From: Diplonema japonicum
Taxonomy: Eukaryota > Protista > Euglenozoa: Diplonemea
Length of the DNA stretch: 64,000 nucleotides
Assembly (NCBI GenBank): GCA_964019335.1
Contig: OZ025699.1
Span: 62,001 to 126,000, forward strand
Direction of reading: 5' to 3'
Shown one piece after another: positions 11,498 through 21,553 of this stretch (positions are counted from its first letter, which is position 1; each line of letters begins with the position of its first letter). Position numbers and translations under genes: made by a program. The notes beneath the pieces are model-generated. The model saw only the letters and a program-made list of their open reading frames with translations, was not told the origin of the DNA and ran no database searches.

Positions 11498-12495
11498 GGG
11501 TGCGCAGTGGGTGTACTGACTTCTTGGTTTCTGCCGGAGTCTGTGATGCCTTGGCTCTCATCTTCTAAAAGAAAATGAGGTTTTCTGCCCTCGTAGCTCG
11601 CCAAATAATGCCCCGCAAGTGCCCAAAAGGGCGGAAATCGGTTTTTTGGTCAGAAAAAGGGAACAGTTCAAAGATTAGGTGGCTCTGGCGAAATTGAAAA
11701 AAATTCATTTTACCACAACCATGTAACCCCCCCGCCCCCAGCAAAATCAATGAAAAAATATGAATCAAAAAATTCTTTAAAAAAACCAATCTTTCTTTTT
11801 TTGCTTCTCCTTTCTTGTAGGTGTACAGAGAAAGCCGTTGAACACAGGATTTCAGTGTTATCTTTTTTTTTTTTTTTTTTCTCTTTATTTTCTTTCTTTC
11901 TTTTCTTTTGCAACTTTTCTTTTATTCTTTCTTTCTTTCCTTTTAAAGACTGTTGAGTGAATATAAAATGCGGCGATTGGAACAGTTACTGCAACTTATC
12001 CATCCCAAATATGAAGGGGGGAAGAAAGAAAAAAAGAGAGAGCGAGGGGACGATATCACCGCAATGATGTGTAACAGTAAGGAAAAGAAGAGAAGAAGAA
12101 AAAAAAGATGCAGTAATGAAGAATGGGGGGGGGGGGGGGGGGGTGAATAAAGATAAGAAGACCTGAGCTCATCCGGATTAAAACGTCAACAGGTACCACG
12201 TCCGCGCTAAAGAAAAACTTTAGTAGATTAATGAACCAAATAAAAAGTATGCTTTTCCACCAGTCTGCACACAAAGTGGTGCCTAACTACTCTTCCGGGG
12301 CGAACTCATACACAAAAACAGGGGGGGGGGGGGGGGGGGGGGGGGGAGACAAGCAGATGTGTGATGAGAGAAACGAAGATTGGCACTGAAAACCGAAGTA
12401 GGAGAATGAGAAAGAAGAAAAAAAAAAGAGGGGGGGAAAGGGGGGGGGGGGGGGGGGGGGCTTATCTCTTTTGAACAAATAAACAATGGAACCCT

Positions 12496-13383
12496 CTATT
12501 TTTCGATGTCAAACTTGGTCAAAGCAGTGGCAATGAGCAACATTACACCAGTAACAATGAACCAAGCAATGCAAATGTTACGCCACTGGTCATCCTTGTA
12601 CCCCGTGATCTTGTCCACGTACTGTTGGGTCTGAAACCTGCTCTGAGAGTTGAACTCCATCATGTGATGGAAGCGAGAGGGCCCGGAGTAGGGAATCTTA
12701 TCCCGCTGCTCAGACTCCAAGTACTCCGACTGAGCCAGCTTCCTGATGATGGTGAACGCCGCATTCTGTTGGAACCCACAGTCCTTCGCAGAAGGGCTCT
12801 TTGCAATGCACCCGGCATAAACAGGAGGGTCGAACTTGCACCCTTTCACGCTTCCAGTGTACACAATCGGGGCGGAAACCCATGACCAGCCGTACTCTGA
12901 CTTCACTGACTTCCTGCCCCAGTCAAGGCCCCATTCCTCATCGACTAAAGTGTAGTATGTGATGTTCGTTTTGATGGTCAAAGCGGAGGGGTTGGGTGCG
13001 ATGTGGCAGCCGATAAGGGCCTCCCCGCCTGACGCCAGAGACCTCTCAGCCAGCTCCAGCTGCCTCCATGACAAGTTCGGTTCCAAGAACCCGATTGTTG
13101 CCATTGTGACATAGAATGCGAAGGCACAGCCACAGCTGAAGAACAGAGCCACATCGTGCTCGTCTATGAGTGCAATGCTCGGCAGCAGGCACACGATAAC
13201 CCACCCCAAACCCCCCAGCCAGTTGTAGCACTGGATCGAAACATTGTAGTTGTTTTCCATTTCGCCTGCCTCTAAAGGTGCCTGGCGTCCGATCACCTCC
13301 TCCAGGTGCACGTTCAGCATCATTATACACGTCCACCAGACCCACACCAAGATCAACACTCCGAAAGCAACCAAGGGCTTCAT
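12496..13383 (-). CDS. Multi-pass membrane protein of unknown function (paralog of 894-1874)
   Basis: Start taken at MKPLVAF (ATG 13383) by alignment with the paralog; 3' flank also duplicated. Confidence 0.8.
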   Translation of the reverse strand: MKPLVAFGVLILVWVWWTCIMMLNVHLEEVIGRQAPLEAGEMENNYNVSIQCYNWLGGLGWVIVCLLPSIALIDEHDVALFFSCGCAFAFYVTMATIGFLEPNLSWRQLELAERSLASGGEALIGCHIAPNPSALTIKTNITYYTLVDEEWGLDWGRKSVKSEYGWSWVSAPIVYTGSVKGCKFDPPVYAGCIAKSPSAKDCGFQQNAAFTIIRKLAQSEYLESEQRDKIPYSGPSRFHHMMEFNSQSRFQTQQYVDKITGYKDDQWRNICIAWFIVTGVMLLIATALTKFDIEK

Positions 13384-14866
13384 TTTCCTTCTCCTTTGTT
13401 CTTTTCTTTGTCTGTGTGGTTGTTTTTCCTTTTGATTCAATTGAGAAAAAAAAAAAGGAAGAAGAAAAAGAAAAGAAAGAAAGAAAAAGAGACATTTAAA
13501 AGAAGAATGAACGTTGCTTGATAAACCGCGTGGAGCCACCTTATGTCAGAAGGGTGGCTAATGCCTCGAGACCCAGGTGCTGTCAGGACGAGTGAAAAAA
13601 GGTGCGTGGGGCTCAGAAACTGAGAATCAATAAGGAACCTCTCCCACAGGGAGCGAGTGACACGTACATCTGGAGCCACCACCCACAGAGCTGACGCAAC
13701 GTGACGGCGAGCCCCGTCCTCAATCAACGGGACCCGATGAGGCACGACAGAATCTGCGCCGCAAAGAGATAAGGAGCTGGAGCTGTCATGCCTCACCGCC
13801 CACGATAGCGGCCCCGCACTCGGAATTCCCCTTGTGTCGTTCTATGGTTGCATGCTCAAGGATGTTTTAATTTTAGAAAATAAAAAAGTCAATGGTGTTA
13901 AGGGGGTTGGGGTACACATAAAAAAAAAGAACAACAACATGGTGTGAAGTATCCTGCGCTGTCCTCCTCGTGGTGGCCCCTGGGACTGCAGGCTAGGGAG
14001 GGCTGTGGTGCGAAAGCGCGAAGGCGTGTCGGGGAGGGTGCTGGAGCGAAGTCGGCCTGTTTGGCACAAGCCGCTATCGGGGCACCGGTAGCGGGGGTGT
14101 AAGACCACTCAGACTCGGTCTGAGCAAAAGGCATTCTCTCCCATCGCGCGGCGTGTGCGTGGTTTCGTGCGGCGGCGACACCCACCGTTCCTGTTCATTC
14201 CACCAGCGTCGAGAGGCTGAGACCGATCTCGCGCACAGTGGAGGCCACAGGTTGTTCCCGGCGCCCTTGTAGCGTTGTCAGTCCTGCCCCAACTGAAAGG
14301 CCAGTCAGGACACAGGCTAACTGGGTACAGGTACTCGGACAACGGTGGGGTGAACAGGAGCGGTGGGTTGTGGCTGGTGTCGCTGGTGAGTGGCGTACGG
14401 TTTGTTTGTGCCGGTTCCGCTGTGTTGTGGTGTGATGCGGGCGGCGGCGTCGCCCAGTGTTCCAGCGTGCCCCATCCGAGAGACGTGAGGCTGAGACCGG
14501 TCTCGCGCGAAGTGGAGGCCACAGTGTTGATCCCGGCGCCCTTCAGGCAATGACCGCCCTGTCGCAACTGGAAGGCCAGACAGATCGGTAGCCGAACTGG
14601 GTACAGATAAACGGATCGACGGTGGGGTGCACGGGGACACTGGAAGAGAACTGGTGGCGGTGGAGGTGCGCTGGTCTGTCTGTGTGGCGTGTGCTGCTGG
14701 GTGCGAGGCGTGCTGTGCCGGGCCGGCAAGAAGTAGAAGTAGATTTAAACTTTTCTAGTAATAGTACTCTCATCCCCCATGTCTTCCCTTTTTATTTTGC
14801 CCTGTCGTGCACCCCAACTTCTTTCTTCCTCTCTGGTTATGTTTTTTATTTACATTTATTTCCAAA

Positions 14867-15095
14867 GGCTCCACAGCCCAACAAAACCGGCTGAAGGGGA
14901 TGCCTCCGTGCCGGTGTGCCTACGAGCACTGACGAGGTACCCCACCCCTTGAAAACCCGGAGGTTCGGCCAAAGGGTGCTGTTGTGCGATGCGGGCTGGT
15001 GAGATGCCGAGGGACGTTGAAGGTGGGCACAGTTGCGAACGCTGGGAGCCCCCGGGCCTGCCCACCTCCCGCCTCGGTACGTATGGATAGTTGTG
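14867..15095 (+). mobile_element. Diverged relative of the LINE family B 3' UTR (non-autonomous relic)
   Basis: ggctccacagcccaacaaaaccggc... matches 32872 and 39051(-); ends cccgcctcggta like the B 3' end. Confidence 0.5.
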
Positions 15096-15403
15096 GGAGG
15101 GTTTTCTTTAAACTTTTACAAAAAAACTAGTTTGGCGCTCCATTTGTTTGTGCGCACGAGCGGAATTTTACCTAATAAAATAGCTCATTACGCTGCCATC
15201 AACTAGTTTTTAGTCTCGACAATAATATTGTTAAAACAAAAAACTAGTTTGGCGCTCCATTTGTTTGTGCGCACGAGCGGTCCACTTATGAACACGCCCC
15301 CCCCCTCCCCGCCGCGTGTCCCTTAGGTCACAGATTCGTCTTAGCGAACCTTGGCCAGGAGTGGGGTAGGCCGCCAGCGCGCTCGTGCCAAGGAAAAAAC
15401 ATG

Positions 15404-17014
15404 TCACAACCTAGTGTACGCATCCGCCGGGTTCTCCCGGGACCTCACGTAGAACCCAGACACCTCGCTTTGCGCCTCCTCCGCGATCTCTCGGCCCCGG
15501 CACAGCATCTCGAGCATGACCTCGTCACCGGAGTAGGCCTTCCGCCAAGCACCAAGAACGACAGTGCTGTCGATACCCACGTGAAGCACCACGTTCCGGA
15601 GACCCAACACCCGAAAAGCAAATTCTAGCAGTTCCAGCAGGGCATACATCTCCAATCGAGCAATGGCCGCTCCCGCCAAGGCTTGCGGTATACGTCCCCA
15701 CCTGACGTGTTTCTTCCCGTCGAGCATTAGCATGCAGCACCACCCCGTCAAGCTGGCATCCGTGAAGGCCTCGAGCCTTACTGTAGGTCACTCGGCCCAC
15801 CGCTTCCATTCGTTCTGTCTCAACTCTTCGAAAGCGGCCCGCAACGCACGTTGTACCGACGCTGGTATCATTATGAGTGTAGTCCAAAAACCCGCTCGAC
15901 TAGCAGCATCGAGGTCCTTGCCTTTGCATACACCCGACATCCACCTAAGGATGGACTTGAACCTGAAAAGAGGGAGGGCCAGCGCATGAGCTCGCCAAAG
16001 TACAAGACCGCAGAGCCTCCACCACCTCCGAAGCTGTAGGGGTCTGTCAAACACGAAGTCCTCCAGTACCGGTTTCAGGGCTTCGATCCACTTGCTGCAC
16101 ATCCTCCATCTCTTGCATTGGAGGTCGAACTCCAGACCCAAGACTCTACCCACCTGTGACGGAGCCGACGTCTCGCCGATCACGATGCGGTACCTCCGGC
16201 ACAGAGCTTCGAACCTGAGCGAAGCCTCCTTCAACGTACCCAGGTCTTTGTCGATGAGTACGATGTTGTCCAGCCAGACGACAGCCAGAACGGATGAATT
16301 TCTCACAGACTCGTTAGCCACACATCTGGCGACGGCTTGACCCAGCTGCGGCGCGGCTCGGTATCCCATTGCAAGCCGCTGCATCTGCAAGATATTCCCA
16401 TCCGCTCTGAACGAGAAGAAAGGCCGCGATTCCTTGTGCAGCTCAAACTGGAAAAACCATGATTTGAAATCGTGCTCGATGAAGTAGGCTCCTCGGAACA
16501 TGGTCTCGACTATCTCACGATAGGAGGGGAAGTTACACGGCGGCAAGGGTAAGTGGCTCAGACTCTTGTTCAGACCTGTGCAGGCGAGGATGAAACGCAG
16601 CTGTCCAGGCTTTCGCTTTTTAACGCAAAAAGCGCTATGAAAAAATGAACCGGCTCTGCTCCTCGGGGCTTTCACAGCGATGTTGCCTCCAGTGATCTGA
16701 CCAACAAGAACAGCCAATCTCGTATTGCGAGGACCAACCTCCTTAGCGCGGCTGCCGATGTGCCGCCGAAGAAAAGACGGCTTTATCCATTCGAAGTTCT
16801 CCCCCAGACAGGGGAAGTCCTCCTGCAACAAGGCAGCATCGAGGGGCTCTAGGGGTGCGCCTGCCACATGACCCTCATAGCTCGCTCGAGGAATCCGAGG
16901 CACGTCTCCTTCCAGATTCCACCAGTCCCAGTCATAGTCGTACCAGGACAAAACCTCCCAAAAAGTATCTAGAGGTTCCTCGAGACGTCGACCGACCCCT
17001 TCACGTCCCCCCAC
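15404..17014 (-). pseudogene. RT plus RNase H of YR element, interrupted by one in-frame TGA at 15788-15790
   Basis: DFKSWFFQ, RLAMG, VWLDN; WAE*PTVRLEAFTDASLTGW, GIDS, ENPADAYTR. Confidence 0.82.
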
Positions 17015-17771
17015 GTACCTCGAGAGGTGTAGTGTCTGGTCGACTCGACGCGACGATGCCGACCAAGTGTCCTCGCGGCCTCCTCCCCTTGGGTCAGGGC
17101 GACTTCGTTCAAGGTCGCGTCACGGATGAACCTTGTTGTCACCCCGAGGCTCTGCTTCACGAAGGAGTTGTAGTCTCCGTAGGAAAGCTCCTGAAACAGC
17201 CGGTGTTCGGGCAACCTCGGTTGCGTGTCCATCCACAACAGGAACTTGTCGATCTGTTTGTTCTGTGAACTTAAAACCAGGCTCTGGCCGCGACTGCTCA
17301 GGTCGGTTTTGCCCCCACAAAGGTAAGCATCACCGAACCTTTCGGGATGTCGTGGCGTCCCTGCTCCACGTGCTTGACTAGAAGATTCTTCAAGTCGACC
17401 CACCGGCACGCCGAAGCCAGCTGGAGGCTCAAGGCCCCCGCCAAGATGCCTCTCTTGGGGATCACCTCCTTCACTGCGGACATGGTCGGCACCCGGGCCA
17501 TCTTGTCCTCGTGCGCGGAGTGGTCCGAGAGTTTTCGACTCAGGGATCGCCGAAGAAGTTGAAAAGGGGACCTCTCCGCCTGGCTGAAGTACGTCATATA
17601 CTGCAGAGCCGAACTCGGGCTGAGGCGCTTCTCGTCGCGTAGACGCTGCACCCACATCGCAAAGCACATCTCCTTTGACAGGTGTGGCTGAATCCTCTGG
17701 AGTTGCTCGCGGAAGGCCTCCGATCTTCGCATCACTGAGAGAAAAGCCTGACCCTTGTAAGCGGTGGACAT
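16969..17771 (-). pseudogene. Tyrosine recombinase, frameshifted near 17310
   Basis: SACRWVD (R), GKTD (K), TTRFIR (HxxR-like), GRH and TRHY (H, Y) motifs split over two frames. Confidence 0.75.
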
Positions 17772-18270
17772 CGTCTTTAGCGTGTTCTGCCGTAGCTCTG
17801 GAACTTCGCTCCCGTCGACAGAGTCCTTCTTGCGGATGGTTCCGCCACGGAGAAGATCGCTCCATGGGGAATCGGAAAGCGTTATAGTCGTAAGAGAGGA
17901 AGGAGGAGAGGGATTTTTTGATTGGGGAAGGAGGGGTTTGAGTTTCGGGGAGAGTGAGGCCGCGGCTCACTTTTTTGGAGTCGAACCTAGTCCTCTTAGG
18001 GGTTCCACCTTGTCTGTTTCTCAACCTGTCTGCTTCCCTCTCCCTCTCCCGATCCTTCTTCAAGACCTCAAGCACGGCCTCCGTAGAGTTCATGTGCTTA
18101 AATGTAAGCCGTAGCTTTTTATCGGAGAAGTCCTCCCAGTGTGACCCGAAGAGATACCCCTCGTAAGCCTTCTGAATCCCGAGCCGGAAATTCTGGCCAC
18201 ACTCCGTCAGCACGCGCAGAGCTTCAAGCCGTAGCATGTAACTGTGCAGCGTCGGAAGTAGATCCTTAGA

Positions 18271-19011
18271 TCATTTGCCTTCCTCGTCGCGAGCTACCCG
18301 TAGGTAGTGCCAGATCCTCATAGATTCGTGGCAACCCGCGTTGGCGTCACTCTCCGGCTTGTCCACGAAAGGACCGTAACGCAACGCGATCGCGGACAGG
18401 ATCGCGTCCACCCCCGAAGGGCAATCCAAGTAGGGGACCCACTCCACGACCCGCCGAAGATCCAGGTCAAACGGGACCCTGGTCCTCTTCTCCTTGCACA
18501 GAACCGTTAATTCGGCCTCCAGCGCTTCATGCTTCAGGGCCATCGCGTCGTTCCTCGCCACCATCAGCTGCACCAAAGGGCGTACCGTCGGGTCAGCGTG
18601 GCTTTCCGCCTCCGTCAGCAAGTCTACCTCAGCGACCCCGCCAGTGTCCGTCATTTCCTCGCGCTCCTCGTCCTCCCCTTCCGCATGATCTGCCCCCTCG
18701 TCGGTGACAACTAAGTCAGCCCCATTGTCAACTTCCCAGCAACACGGAGGGCAAACCCAAAGCTCCTCTGAACTCGTGGGCAACTCGAAGCGCACCCGTA
18801 GGGCCTTCGTTTTCATTTTTGCCCGTAGGCACTCGGGGTCCCCCACGCGTCCGCACCTCGCGCAATGGTTACCCAGATCATGGGCCCTATCGCACGAGGG
18901 GAAGAACACACAGTCGTGGCCGTGTTTCGCGGGGGTAGCCGAAGGAGGATATGTCGATGTCTCGACGTCCGTCCACTTAACCTTCCCTAGTTCGAAGTCG
19001 TCCCTTGACAT
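18271..19011 (-). CDS. gag-like ORF of YR element (Cys/His finger); continues in frame past TGA into the ORF starting at 18237
   Basis: CARCGR...WVCPPC; in-frame GK*SKDLLPTLHSYMLRLEAL. Confidence 0.6.
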   Translation of the reverse strand: MSRDDFELGKVKWTDVETSTYPPSATPAKHGHDCVFFPSCDRAHDLGNHCARCGRVGDPECLRAKMKTKALRVRFELPTSSEELWVCPPCCWEVDNGADLVVTDEGADHAEGEDEEREEMTDTGGVAEVDLLTEAESHADPTVRPLVQLMVARNDAMALKHEALEAELTVLCKEKRTRVPFDLDLRRVVEWVPYLDCPSGVDAILSAIALRYGPFVDKPESDANAGCHESMRIWHYLRVARDEEGK

Positions 19012-19560
19012 TTTCTTTGTTTGTGCGCACGAGCGGAATTTTACCTAATAAAATAGCTCATTACGCTGCCATCAACTAGTTTTTAGTCTCGACAATAATA
19101 TTGTTAAAACAAAAAATTGTCACCCCTCTTGTTCCCCCTTTCACTTGCAGGAGGCCCTTCAGGCCTCCTGCCCTATCCCTCCCCCCCAGCCTTTAGCTTC
19201 GCTGCGCCTCGTTTTGAGGAGGACATCCTTCAGAAGGTCAGCCCGATTCCTTGCGGCCACCGCATGAAGCACTGTCCACTCTTTACGCCGTCCCTCTGTC
19301 GCCGAGCACCTGCACCACCTTGTCGAAAACAGCCTGCTTGCAAGAACACGCAAGAAGCACGTTTTTCTTCCCAAATTTGCCACTTTTGGCTAGGCCTTGT
19401 TCCCAGTTTCAACTTTTCTATTTAGTCAGCTTACCAAGCTCCCCAAAAGACTTCAAAATACCGAAGTAGCAGAAAAAAAGGAGCCAGTGGCCACGCCAGG
19501 TTCTGTGAAGAAAAGACACTCAAAGTAAAAAGGTAAACTCCTACAATCAAACTCAGTTCA

Positions 19561-20649
19561 TCAGCACACAACACAACACCTGAAGCATGTCCATGGCCGC
19601 TTGCGTTCCTCCAAAGGTACATTGTTGCAGGAACGCATGTACCCATCTCCAACACCTGTGACCCTCTCCCTCAGATCCCCGAAGTCAACGGTGGTCAGAG
19701 AACGGCAGTCAGAAATGAAATGACTTCCCAATTTCTTCAAGTTCCGCATTGCACTCAAGTCAACAGAAGTGAGGGAGGTGCAATTACTCAGAAAAAAGTC
19801 GCCCACCAACACCACACCAAGAAGGCCAAGATCCACAGATGTGAGAGAAGTGCACCAGCCGAGAAAAAAGTCGTCGATCACTGTGACATTCCGAAGGGGG
19901 GACACATCAAGGGTCTGCAGAGACTTACAATATGACATGAAAGAATGACACACCTCCGTCACGTTCTGAAGGGGTCCCAGATCCACCAGTGTCAGGGATT
20001 CACAGTGACTGAGGAAACCAAACCCAAGTTGGTAGATATTGTGAAAGGGAGCGAGGTCAATGGCCTGCAACGACTTGCATCCAAAAAGAAACCTATATCC
20101 AACTCTTCGAACACACTGAAGGGTGGTGAGGTCAAGGGTGACAAGTGATTCGCATCTATATAGGAATTCATGTCCAATGGAGGTCACACACTGCCCAGGG
20201 TCCGTCACTCGGAGGTGACGAAGGCCAGAAGGGAAGTCTTCTTGGTAAAGACAAAGGCACTCCACACCAGATGCCTCTACCTGAAGAAGAAGGTCAGGGT
20301 CCTCCTCCAAACGCCGTCTCATTGCCTTCCTTGTATCTTCTGAAGACAGCTCCTGTGAAGAGACACACATCGTGTTGCGCACATTGCAACAGAGAAGGAG
20401 TTCGCACCCCTCACACATCCCCAGTTGCTGAACCTCACTCCCACCGAAAGTGTCATCCAGTTCTTCACCTTCAAAGTGCAAGAGGAAGGTTCCCACCCCC
20501 ACCCCAGCAACCTTTGCCGCCTTCCTGTACAGGTCCTCCACCGTGTCAAGGCCTCCCAGCTCCACATCGTGCGTCTTCCCGTCTTCCATCTTGACGAACA
20601 CCGTCAGGCTCATTTCTTTATGTTCTTTTTTTTCTTTTGTTGTTTGCAA
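19561..20649 (-). CDS. Ubiquitin-like domain plus BspA-type LRR protein
   Basis: VFVKMEDGKTHDVEL...LLHFEGEEL Ubl pattern; FLxxCxSLxxxDL repeats. Confidence 0.85.
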   Translation of the reverse strand: MQTTKEKKEHKEMSLTVFVKMEDGKTHDVELGGLDTVEDLYRKAAKVAGVGVGTFLLHFEGEELDDTFGGSEVQQLGMCEGCELLLCCNVRNTMCVSSQELSSEDTRKAMRRRLEEDPDLLLQVEASGVECLCLYQEDFPSGLRHLRVTDPGQCVTSIGHEFLYRCESLVTLDLTTLQCVRRVGYRFLFGCKSLQAIDLAPFHNIYQLGFGFLSHCESLTLVDLGPLQNVTEVCHSFMSYCKSLQTLDVSPLRNVTVIDDFFLGWCTSLTSVDLGLLGVVLVGDFFLSNCTSLTSVDLSAMRNLKKLGSHFISDCRSLTTVDFGDLRERVTGVGDGYMRSCNNVPLEERKRPWTCFRCCVVC

Positions 20650-21491
20650 ACAAAAGCTGTTCCTGTGATAGTGTGTTGAAGCTTAAATCAGCTTTCAGAA
20701 ATAAACTTGATAAAGGGGGTCGCTGTTCAAGAAAAAATAGGGGGTGAAGGGTCTATCTATTTTTTCTCCCCTTCTGGAGCATTGCTTTCATCCCGATCGA
20801 GGCCGTGAGCGTCTTACGGAGTTGAGTGATGCGGTCTCGTTTGTGGGCGGCTTTCAGTTTCGTCAGCTTATCTGCATGCTGCGTTTCCTTTTTTTCTTTC
20901 TTTTTTTGTTGCGGAGGTGGGCAGGTCCCCGATATGTCTTTGAGGTATTGGATTGCTTTCCGTGTGTCTTCCACAAGGATGTGTCTCAGCGTCAGGTGTC
21001 GAAGTGTTTGAAAAGTGCTCAAAAGAAATGTCCAGAAGAAAAAAATCACCGAATGTTTCGGTGGTCGACATTCATCTTATGGTGATCTCTTGTTTATCCT
21101 TCGCAAAAGGGTATTTCAAAATGAAAAGAAATCGCGGAACAATGGGTCTTAGTAAAGTCCAGGATATTCGACTCCACCTGAAGGGGGCCTCCCACGTCCG
21201 CCGCGTTGAGCAGAGGATTTTTTTTTTTTTTTTAAATTCCACTTCCTTTTCGACTTGCTAAGGCCGCACCCACTAGGTGGGTTGGAAGTGTCTCGAGACG
21301 CTCACCCGGTTGCCCGGGTACTCATGACCGTACTGGTGTTCTCATTCCACAAGCTTTGCTGGTTGTTTGGCTACACTTTTTTTTTTGTTACAAATATTTA
21401 TCTTTCAAAATGATTTTATAACTATGCAACTTGTGCCGAGCAAAAAACTTTCGCAGCTTTTTAAAACGAACAACAAAGACATATAGTCATA

Positions 21492-21523
<32 letters not shown>

Positions 21524-21553
21524 GGCTACTGCGGGTGCCGGACCTCAGTACCC

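Larger units (their letters stand above)
15121..19116 (-). mobile_element. Tyrosine-recombinase retrotransposon (TATE/VIPER/Ngaro-like), gag-YR-RT-RNase H, split direct repeats
   Basis: A repeat 19016-19116 = 15143-15243; B repeat 15238-15280 = 15121-15163; domain order gag, YR, RT, RH. Confidence 0.88.

Noticed and set aside
14929-14957. Hammerhead-like ctgacga...gaaa
   Set aside because: No credible stem II or flanking stems
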